Source: Lingula anatina (taxonomy: Eukaryota; Animalia; Brachiopoda). From it: 64,000 nucleotides of DNA. Positions 40,401-52,905 of this stretch are shown one piece after another. Both the position numbers and the translations under genes were made by a program. Position 1 is the stretch's first letter; each line of letters opens with the position of its first letter. Below the pieces are notes generated by a model. It was given only the letters and a program-made list of their open reading frames with translations, did not search any database and had not been told where the DNA came from. Where the stretch lies: the NCBI GenBank assembly GCA_051362555.1, contig CM120641.1:8804001-8868000 (forward strand), in the 5' to 3' direction.

Positions 40401-41743
40401 AACCAGTTTCTCTGAAGCAGACACGCCCCCTAGCATAGTCTGAAGTTCACTCTTAGTAATATCAAAAGCCTTTTTTCCTGGTAGCGGTTGTAAACCACTT
40501 TGAGTGCCATGTCCTGAATAATAGAACACAAATGTGATTTCTGGAAGCCCTGACGTCTTATCCTTTATTGTATTTAGATGTTCTTCTATTTCCTGCTTTA
40601 CCTTTTTACTGTCTTTGTCACACAAAACTGTATACACTTGGTTCTCCCTGTTGAAAAAGAAATTTTAAACATAGTCAACTAGAAAGTAAAAATGTACACG
40701 TGAGATATGCTATCAATAGTTGATCAAGTAGCAATCAACCTACATATATTTTGTCATTAATATCTTAAAACTTTTTTATAAAAACAGTTGATTATTATGA
40801 AATAATTCAGAAAAGCCGGAAAACAAAGCACAGCCAGATACTTAGTAGTACACGTATTTAAGGATTGAAAAACCTGCAAATTCAAACAATGAACTTGTCT
40901 TTCACATGAGAATATATCAAATCTCTACCCTTAATAAAAATAATAAACAAGGCAGCAAAGCTGTCAAATGTACAGACAAAAAACAGAAAATAAAGATGCA
41001 AAAAAGGTCATTTTGTCAATTTTGATGCATTAATAAATAATGCTTATAATAGCACTGCCAGTCAACACTGAATTTTAATCATGCACAACAGGTAACATGG
41101 TCAATAACAGGAGCGGACCCTGAGATATTTTCTGACAGTATTCCAAAGTATCTATGTTGATCCATCCTCCACTTTGATGGTCTTCCAACAGAAAAAAATA
41201 GATACCAGTCAATATAAACTTAATAACTTGACTGTCTTCCGGAAGACCCAGAAGATGGTCTCAATCCACCCCTTCAATAAGATTACAGTTTCATGTCCAT
41301 GAGAGACCAAAGTCGCACGATGAAAGTCTCAATATTTGAAAAATGATGACAGTGCATAAAATAATATTACATAATGTTTAAAGACATAAAAACAATACAA
41401 CTGCTTCTGTGGAAATACGGAAAATTTTGCAGAGCCTCGAGCGGATTTGAGTTAAAAGTCACAAATGCAAGTGTTTGAGAAAAAATTATAAAGGAAAACA
41501 TAACAAAACTAGAACAGCACTCCGAGAGTGCAGACCTCTGCCAAGGCAGCAATTGTTGATTATTATTGATTGATAATTGATCCAGACCACCACCAAAAAT
41601 TAATCATTGGCCCACTTCTGACAGTTCCTTTTTGAGTAATGTTGATGACAGACAAACAGGGGTGAAAATATAACCTCCTTTGCAGAGCCTGAGGTAAATA
41701 TAATTCCAATGATGCTGCTATTCAAACTTTTCATCTTTGTGTT

Positions 41744-41780
<37 letters not shown>

Positions 41781-42916
41781 CCTGAATAATTTACCTCCAT
41801 AATTATCACTGCTTCCTTATTATTAATCTAGCAGAGAGCTTAACCTTTGGGAGTTTACAGGGAGATATCAACAAGTGTGCTTTATGTAATCTCATTTAAT
41901 GGCCTATTAATAATCAATTAGGCAAATGACTTTATAACTCAGAGCTCAGCTAAGTGATACCCAAGGGAAATTTACAGACTGACCCTCTCAAAGGCCTTTT
42001 AGACCCATAAGTCACATCTTAAGAAAAGCACAAAACAAAATAGGAGACTACCAATTCTGATGCATTAATACATTATGTTTAACTGCACAGTCAACATCAA
42101 ATTTTAATTATGCATAACAGGTAACACCAACTAAAGTAGGAGCATAAGGCTTCAGGCCCATCAAAGTTCAAGTTTATACTAAGAAAGTGCCAGAATGAGA
42201 AAAATGAAAATTTCACACAAAACTGCATAAATTATTCAATAATAAACAATAACCCAATTGACCTGGCTTTCTAATTTGAACTGCATGCCAATCCTTGAAA
42301 TCATACTTGGAAGTTAAAAATAATAATAAGTAACACAATTTTCTTTTCATAATGTTTGCAGTAGCAGTGCAAAAAGATTGTTGTCAATTTTGATGTAACA
42401 TTACATAATAAATTGTAGAATAATTATCACCAATTTTTGATTATTGACTATAAATAGCATGGACATGTAGAAAATTTGATTACCATTCGCCTTCATGTCC
42501 ATGGGAGCTCCGAGTCCCACTACGAATATGCCAAAAAGATAATGAATATTTCACTCAAATGTATAACTTCCAGAAAAAGAAGCAAATTAGACTGCTTTTC
42601 CATTTCCAACTCAGGCTGCATTTTAGTTCAGTGTTTCTTTTTCAAAGGTTTGACAGTCATAAGTAACACAGTTTTTTTATAATGGTCATCATGGCAGCAG
42701 CACCAAAAATTGTGTTTTCTTCTATTTTGATGCAACATTACATAATGCTTTACAGCAAAATGACCATCTATATTTTAATAATAGAATATTAGTAACATGG
42801 ACATTTAGAAAATGTGACAAGCAAAGGTCTTCAGGATCATGGAACTTCAAAGTCACACCTTGAAAATGCCAACATGTGAAAAATTAAATTTTCACAAAAA
42901 ACTGTTTAACTGCCAA

Positions 42917-42987
<71 letters not shown>

Positions 42988-45900
42988 GACTGCATTGCCT
43001 ACTGAAGCTGTATTATAGTCCCATGTTTCTTTCCTGTAAGTTTGAGAACAGTAAGTGACATGATTTTCCTTAAATGGTCATCAAGGGAGCAGTGCCCAAA
43101 ATAGGGGTTTCTTCAAATTTTGATGCAATATTACATAATTTTTAACAGCTTAATGACCATCAATTTTTAATTATAAAATATATGTATCACAGATATTCAG
43201 AAAATGTGACTAGCAAAGGTCTTCAGGCCCATGGAACTTCAAAGGCACATCTTGAAAATGCCAAAATGTAAACAAGACAGCACTGTTCTGAAATGGGTTC
43301 ATTTCTATTTTTAATACTTTTTTAATATAAAACAAAATAAACATTTTACTGCCATTTTTATATGACCAACTAAGAAAATTGATGAGATGGGAAAAGTATC
43401 AAAAGAACAGTGTTAAATGTCAGATTTCCTCCATTCTGAGATTCTGAACATAGTGGATGATTGAATCTGACAAACTGCAATGATATGAGTTTATTTCCAT
43501 TTTTGACACTTTATTATACAGTACACAATATCAAGTTTACCATTATTTTTACATAATCAACTAACAATGTTGTAAAGATGCAGGAAATATCAAACAAACA
43601 CTTTAACGTATCTTATTAGTTAAATAAAGAGACTGTTAACATGCTTAAGAATTGAATCTGAGGAAATGTGAAAAAAAAAACAGCATAACTTCTAAAATAA
43701 TAGCCCGATTATGCTGATTTTCGAACTCAACCTGCTTTTTGGTAAGATTGACTACTCCTGTAAGTATTATGACAATTGGCCTATCTGTTTTTCTTATATT
43801 GTGTTATCAGTGTTGCATATATGTTGGAAAAAGTGAAAATAAAAACAGCTAAACTTCCATAAAAATGACCCGATCATGCTGATTTTCGAACTTGACCGGC
43901 GTATTATGAATATTCATCAGTTCTGAAACTTTCAAGCCAAAAGGTAAAATGGTGTTCCACTAATCATGTTTACGGTGTTGCATATATGCTGAAAAAAGCG
44001 AAAAAAAAGCATAACTTCCCTAAAAATGACCCGATCATGCTGATTTTCGAACTTGACCGGCGTATTATGAATATTCATCAGTTCTGTATGTTTCAAACCA
44101 AAAGGTAAAATGGTTTTCCACTTATCGTGTTTACGGTGTTGCATATATGCTGAAAAAAGTGAAAAAAAAAGCATAAATTCCCTACAAATAGCCCGATCAT
44201 GCTGATTTTCGAACTTGACCGGCGTATTATGAATATTTATCAGTTCTGTAAGTTTCAAACCAAAAGGTAAAACGGTTTTCCAGTTATCGTGTTTACGGTA
44301 TTGCATATATGCTGAAAAAAGTGAAAAAAAAGCATAAATTCCCTACAAATAGCCCAATCATGCTGATTTTCGAACTTGACCGGTGTATTATGAATATTCA
44401 TCAGTTCTGTAACTTTCAAGCCAAAAGGTAAAACAGTTTTTCACTTATCGTGTTTACAGTGAAAGTGCACGCCAACGGCGACGGCGACGGCGACGACAGA
44501 CGCAGATGATGGCAATATGTACAGACACATCTGTGTCTGTACATAAAAAAGATTGCTGTTTTGATCATCAATTTCCATTTAATCATCTAATAGGCATTTT
44601 GATTCATAAAGACATATTTAGCAAATATATTACTAAAGTGACCACAGAAGCAAACTTTACCTAGTATATACATACCTGAAACCCATAATGTTGGGATTGA
44701 TGACAACTTTTTTGAATTCTAAGACATCTCTTTGAAAGATGTCAGGATCGTCTTCATCAAACCCACCAACCAGTATGGCATAACTGCTATCATGACCTTA
44801 AATATGGTAATTAAAAAGTTTCATTTAAGCAGATAATTGATGGGGGGAAAAGCACTACATTTTATTTATTTTTATTTTTTCTAAAACCCAACTACAAATG
44901 TCCTTAAATGCTACTATATAACATTTTAAAGAGACTAAGCATACGTAAGATTTCAAACAAACAGCATTTTGTTTAACTTACCTTTGGCCAATTTATAATT
45001 ATCAACATTTTTTAATAAATAAAGGCCACAAATTTATGTCACTAAATATAATTTATCATCACCAGAAGAATATGTCAACCATCTTAACAGTTTTGGATTG
45101 TTCTCAGTTGTCAGTTCTCAAAGGTATGGAGGTATTTCAAAACCCACCCTTTAGCATGGGCTTAAGACTTTGTTATTTTCCCAGATTATTATAGAGTTCA
45201 CTGTGCATGTTTAACTATACAGCATTTACAGTGAAGATGGCTATTTCGCTACAAACGGTTATAGTTCAAATACAAATTGCCAATATCATACATGTAGTCT
45301 CTAGGATGGTGGCATTCTTTTACAGAATGCTGCTGCAATCTAAATAATTGTTTTCAATCTGGATGAGGCAACATTCCAAGACATTATGGGCATGTAAAAC
45401 ATTTTGACAGTCTGCCTTAATTACTATACCCTGTCATAATCCCTATCACAACATTGAGGTCTTTGAGCGCATTCAAAAAAGTTGATCTGCAGACTAACAG
45501 ATCCGCAGATTAAATATGCGTGACCCACTTCAAAGTGATACCACTAATCTCCAAATGGTCTCCCTGCCTCCACACGCCATCCCTGCACAGGCCTAGCAAT
45601 TAAACCTCAGAACCAAGATTTAATCCGCTTAATGGCACATGTGGAAGCAGGTAGACCATCAGTGAATTAAACAGCTTGCTTTTAGTGGGGTTAGCCATAT
45701 TTAGTCTGTGGATCAGTTAGTCCAAAGAACAGCTGTTCTGCATGTGCTGTATCTAACCCTGAAAGATTGTTTTGGATTAAGTTGGAGGATATATGTTCAT
45801 GGTAGAAGTCAGGATGTATCATACCAGAAAGATGCAGAGAACACTATGCAAGTTCAATAAATTGGCTTTTTAAGAGATTACAAAAGATATTATCATTAAT

Positions 45901-48900
45901 TTTTGTAACTGAATGTGACTTGTGTTTCCAAGAAAGTGTACAGTGATGTGAGGATCATTGAGGGTTGGTAAAATGACATTATTTCTATAAACTTCTGGTT
46001 GTAACTGTTACAATACATTCTGTTATAAGAATTTCATATTCTGCAGACTAAATTCTGAAATTTGTTTGACAAAAACAAATACTCATACTTTGCAGACTCA
46101 ATTGTGAAATCTGTTTGACATTAACCAATCCTCACCAATTGGTGGCTGTGAAAGGCCATGGGTTGGGCAGTATAGAGGATTGCGATAGTGATCCATAAGG
46201 CAACCTTGACAAAACAGCCTGCACTTTTCTTCTTTTCCTGGTCCAGTGCAACCAATTCTTGGATGCAAATCCAGAGCTACAGTAAACAAAATCAGCACTA
46301 CCATTAATGTCATACTCATCATCATTCTTTCTTGTTACATTCAATACCATAGACAAAAACAGGTCTTGTGGTACAAGAAAACGTATCTGTAAATAAAATG
46401 TATGAAAATTTTGAAGGGATTTAGTCATGCAAATTTAGATTTCAATACTCATTACTAAAACCATTACTGAAACAGGTGTCTTTAAAAATGATCTTATTTC
46501 TGATGCCAACTTGTCATTACATCAATATTTATAACAAAATACCATCTTGCAGGACAGTTAATAATAACAATAAATATAACGTCTACAGACATAGAAGACT
46601 AGACTGCAAAGCTGCCAAATGTACAGACACCATACAGGAAACAAGGCAGCAAAGCTGTCAAATGTTCAGACATTATGCAGAAAAAAGAACACGTCTTAGC
46701 CAATTTTGATGCACTGCTACATAATGTTTTAAAACAGTATAATCAACCAAACCCTCTCACATTATGTACTACAGGTAACATGGACATTGAAAAAATAACA
46801 AGTGATTCAGTTCCATGAGATACAAAAGCCACTGAAATGTGTGAAAAAAAAAAAGGAAAAATTTCAAAAGGAAAAAAAAAACAATAATTATCGTAAATGT
46901 AAACCAATCATGCTGATTTTCAGAAGCAACTTGTCTCTTTACCAAACAAAGCCACTCAGTTAATTTTAAGTGAAACAAAAAAACGGTTGGTAGCTATGGA
47001 GAGAATGTCACCAAAATTGTGCAAAAAAAACCATCATTAACGTAAATGTAAACCAATTATGCTGATTTTCATAAGCAACCTGCCTCTTTACCAATCAAAG
47101 CCACTCAGAATATTGAAGGTAAAAATAAATTAATAAATAATAATTTACTGTAATTATAATAAATAAAAAATTACAACAAAGGTAAACCCATACGGGCTGA
47201 TTTTTGAAAGCAACCTGCTCCTTTACTAAGTAAATTTAGAGTAAAGTAAAATATTATTTGGAAGTTATGGAGCTAAGGTTATGTGTCTGACAACAACGGA
47301 GACAGGAACAACACAGACAGACAGATAGATCTGAATATATACAGACACTTACAGTGTCCATATATAAAAATGAAAGAAGCAAATTTATGGCAAATGGGCA
47401 AAACAAATGTTGAAAAAGTTTTTAAATTTTCTTTCAAAAATCAGAAATATTAATATATAGCTTAGCATAGTTTTCAAACTGAGAAATTTCAATCAACATT
47501 AGAGCAAGAAAATGTATGCTTCAAATGCTTACCAGGATAGTTCAAGTTGCATTTGCAACATAAAGATCCTTTGATAAAGGTGGGTATTTTTGTCTCATTT
47601 AGGATTCCCTGTGTGTAAAAAAATTATCATTCATTAAAATGTTAAGCTTTAAATGACTAGAGGATCAGAGAGGCACTACCACCTCCTGAAATTGTAACAA
47701 CAGCTAGAGAAAGCACATTTGTATGGAAAACAAAAAAAAAGGATACCACCTCCAGTGTTGTGCTTGAAAATTATGTAGAAAATTAAAATTCATAAAAAAA
47801 ATCATGGGAAAAAGAAAAAGCTCAAATCCAAGGCTGCAGTAAGATTGTGAATACAGGGCCGTAGCCTGAGTAAAATGCCAGGGGGGGCAGTAAGCGGACA
47901 CGAGGGGGCTTCGCCCCTGATGGGGGAGGGTGTGAGAGGGGGTGTCACCCTCCCATAATAATAATAATAATAATATTTATTTCTTAAAACCGCACTACAC
48001 TAGCGTCTCAGTGCTGTTTACAGGTAAAATTATTAGGATTACAACTTATTATATATATAATAAAAGCTAAGGTAAAAAAAAAAAAAAAAAAAAACAATTA
48101 AAATAATTAAAACTGGTTAAAATAGTAATGGTCTGAACAATAAAAATTTTTTTCTGATAAAATGAGAAGATATTAATTAAAATACTGTGCAAATAAGAAT
48201 GTTTTTAAATCTTTTTTAAAAACCTCAACACTGTCAATAGTCCGAATGTGTGAGGGTAATTGATTCCATAAAATTGGTGCTGAAATTGAAAATGCCCTGT
48301 GGCCGTAGGTTTTGGTTGTTTTTTTATTATCATTTCTGATAAAACAAGGAGTGGAGGTGGATCTGGTAGACCTGGTGAGACTGGGTGTACTTGGATGTAG
48401 CATCGAGTTAAAATATGAGGGGCATTCACTTCTAGTGAATTTAAAAACAAACAACAGTAATTTAAAAACAATTCTCTGTCGTACAGGAAGCCAATGTAGT
48501 TCGAATAAAATGGGTGAAATGTTTGATCTGAGAGGGATTTTGGTCAGTAGTCGTGCTGCAGCATTTTGGACAGATTGCAATTTTTCAATTTGATAGGTAG
48601 GAAGACCATACAGTAGACTGTTTCCGTAGTCAAGATGTGAAGTTATAAAGGCATGGACAAGCCTCTCCATTTGACTTTTATCAAGGATGTGGGATAGTTT
48701 GGAAATTTTTTTAAGACCATAGAAAGCGGCTTTGCATTTTTTGCTGATGTCGGCAGCCATATCGCACCATGGTGTGGAAAATTTTAAAAAACTGTATGTA
48801 TAATACTGCATTCTGGCGCATTTTAACTGTTATTTACTGCTCAATCAGAATTTTTTTTTTTTACTTTTGCGATTTTTTTTTTTTTTGCACCTCAAATCCC

Positions 48901-51900
48901 AGGGGGGGGGAGCTTCCCCCCCCCCTCCCCCGGAGGCTCAGCCCTGGAATATAAGACTTCCCATCCAAGATCAAAGAAATTGTAAGAGCTTAAAAAATTT
49001 GCAAAGTGCCGTTCATGGTGAAAAGTAGGTCAAATTCAAAATCATACTGAGATGATCAATATATGACTTCCAATTCAAGTTCAGTATTAACTAAATTTGA
49101 AGGGATTTGCAAAGAGCCGTTCATGGTGAAAAGTAGGTTTAAGGTCAAATTCAAGGTCATAATAAAATTTCCAATATATGACTTCCTATTCAAGTTTAAT
49201 AGTAACTATTCCTAGACCAGTGCACAGACAAAGTGCAAAGTTTACATGGATAGAGCTAAGATTATATGTGACCTAAATCCAAGAGATGGGTATGCAGGCT
49301 TTTGTAGTCTAAGAGCGGATTCTCAACGAATTGAGCCAGGCTTTACAAAGCCGGTGACCTAAAAATGGCGGACGTACATGAAAGAAAAACCGCCTAATCT
49401 TTTAATAGTCTCTCCGCCTCCCCACACGTCGTCCCTGCGGGGTACAGTAATTAAATCTCGGCTCCAACCTCCAACTACGTCTACTGGGGCTGGGTAGTTC
49501 TGTGAATATCTCTGGTGATATTATCTCCGTAGATAGTCGATTCGTTGCTGCTCTACGGGCCAATTCATTCCTTTTTCGTCTCTGTTTTGACAGATAATAA
49601 AACAGAAGAACTTTTTTCCTTCGAACGCCTTCAGCCGCCATGCTTTCTTCACCACGAGTTTAACTGATGAGCATGCGCACTTAATATTTCTCAGGTAGCT
49701 TCCGCATGGCAAACAGAGCCGAGATTTAATTACTGTATCCCGCAGGGACGACGTGTGGGGAGGCGGAGAGACTATTAAAAGATTAGGCGGTTTTCTTTCA
49801 TGTACGTCCGCCATTTTTAGGTCACCGGCTTTGTAAAGCCTGGCTCAATTCGTTGAGAATCCGCTCTTAGTCTAAGAGGAAGTGGTTACAGTGATGTGGT
49901 GGCAGAGCCAGTGGAACCTCGCGGACAAGACATGTCTGGACTAAAACCATGTGTACTGCCAGCACCTTGCTAGTGGTACAAAAAACTTAACAAAAATTAA
50001 AGTGCAAAAGTGCCAAATAATTCTAAAAAGCACATACATAAGTATTAAATTCAGGATATTCTTCCCTTTTCGATTTTTTTTTATGTAACAATGAAATGAA
50101 TACTGATTATCACAACATTTATCATTTAAAACCTTCACTGATAAAAATATGGAACATGTACTTCAAGTTATGAAGACTTTTGTGCCTTAAAATCAAAATA
50201 ATTATTAGAGTTTACATTGAGCAACACCTACCTCTCTAATGCTATCCTGGAGATCATCCAGACTTATTCTGTTGGCAATTGGTTTCTTTATGCACTTCAG
50301 GGCCAACTCAGCAAATTTATATGTACATTTGAACATCTTCTCTGATCGAACAGGCCAGATTCCAGGTAAATCTTTCTGTGCCTTTGAAGAAAAAGAGGGC
50401 ACAGTAAAGCAAAAGCAATTTGGTAATGTTGCAAGACACAAGTTTCTACAATAATTTCCCATTTATGGCCAATGTCAACATAGCACTTATATTCATAAAG
50501 CAGTGCAACAAGTTCATGGTGCAAAGAAGGTCAAAGGACAAATCCCAGGTCTGTTAAAATGTCAATGAATGACTTCCTTTTCAAGTTCAATAGTAACTTT
50601 GGGCATATCTCTGCCAGTTTTGGAGATATAAGGTCCACAAAGATGAGTTTGTGATGAAAAGTAGGTCAAAGGTCAAATTCAAGGTCACAGTAAGATTGCC
50701 AATATATGAATTTTTATTCAAGTTCAATAGTAAGTATGGGCATATCCTTGCTAGTTTTGGAATATTTCACCATAGAGCATTTCAATGTTGAACATTTTGA
50801 AAAAAGCACAACTAATATATGTTTGGAAAAAGTGTTGCTCCTGATAAGCCCTACATAATGCAACAAACAAGATGTCTCTAGTATTTCTGCATCTAATGGC
50901 TGCCTCTCCTGTAACAATGACCCCAAACTTACAAACATGAAAGGAAATCCAAGTGAAGTTCCTCACCATAGTATAAAAACTTAAGTCCCTGTACTTTCAG
51001 AGTATTGGCACAAACAAGTATTTCTTTGCAGAAAATTAAATTTTTTACAAAATTTTGCCCCGTTCTCCACATGACTTTTGGTCAGACTTCTATAGTAACT
51101 TTTCCCATTATTCATCCAATTTGGGGGATATTAAGCATTTAATTTTCAAAATTTTTGACCAGGGTAAATTGCGATGAACATCACACCTACATGTACAGTT
51201 TTGTGCAGAGAAGATGACATTACGGATACGGATAAAGCAAAACCGATTAAGTTGTCTTACGTACGCCCCTTAAGAGGACAAAAGAATTGTGTGAAAATTC
51301 GTAAGCTAAGGACAATGCCGACTTACGTATATTTTACGGACATCTTACGTACATCTTACACACATGCAGCGATGAGTAAGAAGGGGTGGGCTTATGTAAA
51401 TAAGGTGACGGCGGGGTGTTTCTCGCCTTGCGGCAACACAACCATGTGTGAAAAGAGGCGTGATATATGATCCCGCTTAATTGTGGGCTATTAAATCGTC
51501 CTCTGTTACGCTGCGACGCAACCCAAACATGACAAAACCCTGGTTAGAATGGGACGTTTAAGAGTAATTTACATTGATTTATTGATTTCTTGTAAAAAAT
51601 CAATCCCAACAGAGACTACTAGGATGCCCAGTCAATCCTTACCTTCGCCAGCAGTTATGCACGCGATTCTTCTTTTAAAAGGTGTAAGGCATTTTTTTCA
51701 AACAACTTGTTTCTCAAGCTCCGCCGACTTTAAAATGGCCAAAAAAAATAAAATTGAAACCAAAAATAATTTTGTTTTTTTTTTCACCAATGTCCGACTG
51801 ATCATACTGTTCAATTGGAATAACATAAACGCAAAAATTCTTTTTCACGGTACTCTCACGTCACATGACTGCCTACAAGTTGTAAACGAAGGCCATTTGT

Positions 51901-52873
51901 GCCAAGGTAAACGCTTGGTTCATTTCCTCGAGCTTCCAGTTTTTAAGCCAATCAGTACTTCGTTGATATTTCACACTACTCGTTCGACTACGTGTCAAAT
52001 TAATGCAAAATGGCAGGAAAGTGAGCTGGAGTAGCCGTCTTGATTTAAGCAGGAATTTGACCACTGTTGTGTGGCTCAGTTTATAGTGAAGGAGGGACCC
52101 AGTGTTACAGATGTTTTAGGCAATTTAATGACTACTTTCTGTCGGAAATGAACATATCAGTTGCAACACTTGCGTCACGTGTGGAGTGTTTAAACAGGGA
52201 ACCAGCAGCGTAAAGAGCACAAAGCATGTTTTTTTATTATTATTTTGTAATTTACAAGAATGATTGACATTTATTTAGAAAAATAAAACATTGAAAATAA
52301 ATTGCTGTTTTTTGTCCAGAAATTGCTTTACTGTGTTTTAGTTTTTACCATTGTCTTATGTAGTGTTGAAAGTGAGTTACCTAAAAGTATTTTTCACTTT
52401 ATTTCACTATTTTTCACTTTTCACCCCATCCGACCTCTGTCAAAAATAAAAATTGTTTGAGAAAATAGTAATTAAGGCGTGAATATCACTGTAACACTAC
52501 CTTTGTTAAACGCACAATTACAGGCCAGTCATTATCGGTGGGGGTGAGGGGGGGGGGGGGGGGGGGGGGTTATACCAGTGTATGAAATTCAAGGAAATTA
52601 CTAGCCAGACCACCAGGCAGGTAACTCTGAAAAGTTACCAGCCCAGCCATGTAGTTACCTGTCCTAGTTATGATAACCCCTAGAGTTAAAGGAGGTATGC
52701 TGAGGGGGTCTAGAATGCATTCTTGGGAGAGTAATTTGGAAATGAAAGGGCAATATCATGCCTTATGCGTGGAAATTTAGAAATTGGTTGGAATTTCTAC
52801 TGAATGATACCTTGTCAGTGTTGGATTTAGAGGGGTCAGGGGGGTCCTGACGCCCCCCATCTTCAATTTCTAC

Positions 52874-52905
<32 letters not shown>

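Larger units (their letters stand above)
47657..49980 (-). mobile_element. Older diverged copy of the 17925 element, split by nested insertions
   Basis: CTAGAGGATCAGAGAGGC start, tandem-unit remnants at about 48950-49210, TTATATGTGACCTAAATCCAAGAGATGG, terminal GGACTAAAACCATG.GTAC.GCCAGC..GTGGTAC. Confidence 0.7.

Noticed and set aside
39558-40637. Stand-alone bacterial metacaspase gene or contamination
   Set aside because: The ORF is bounded by phase-compatible splice sites, lacks its first beta-strand (found in exon 44796-44676) and has host-like composition.
28620-40647. Functional link between the Ca2+-sensor PEF gene and a possibly Ca2+-dependent metacaspase
   Set aside because: Proximity alone is not evidence of shared function in animal genomes.
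43932-44306. ORF with internally repeated peptide
   Set aside because: Translation artefact of the ~161 bp tandem array.
46098-46428. ORF-track alternative frame through the RING exon region
   Set aside because: Only 46276-46136 in the Cys-rich frame fits neighbouring exon phases.
51174-52480. CpG-richer segment with ORFs up to 161 aa
   Set aside because: No protein motif; looks transposon-derived but termini could not be defined.
52545-52569. Poly-G tract (and poly-C at about 19850-19870) as functional G-quadruplexes
   Set aside because: Simple homopolymers next to repeats; length unreliable and no supporting context.
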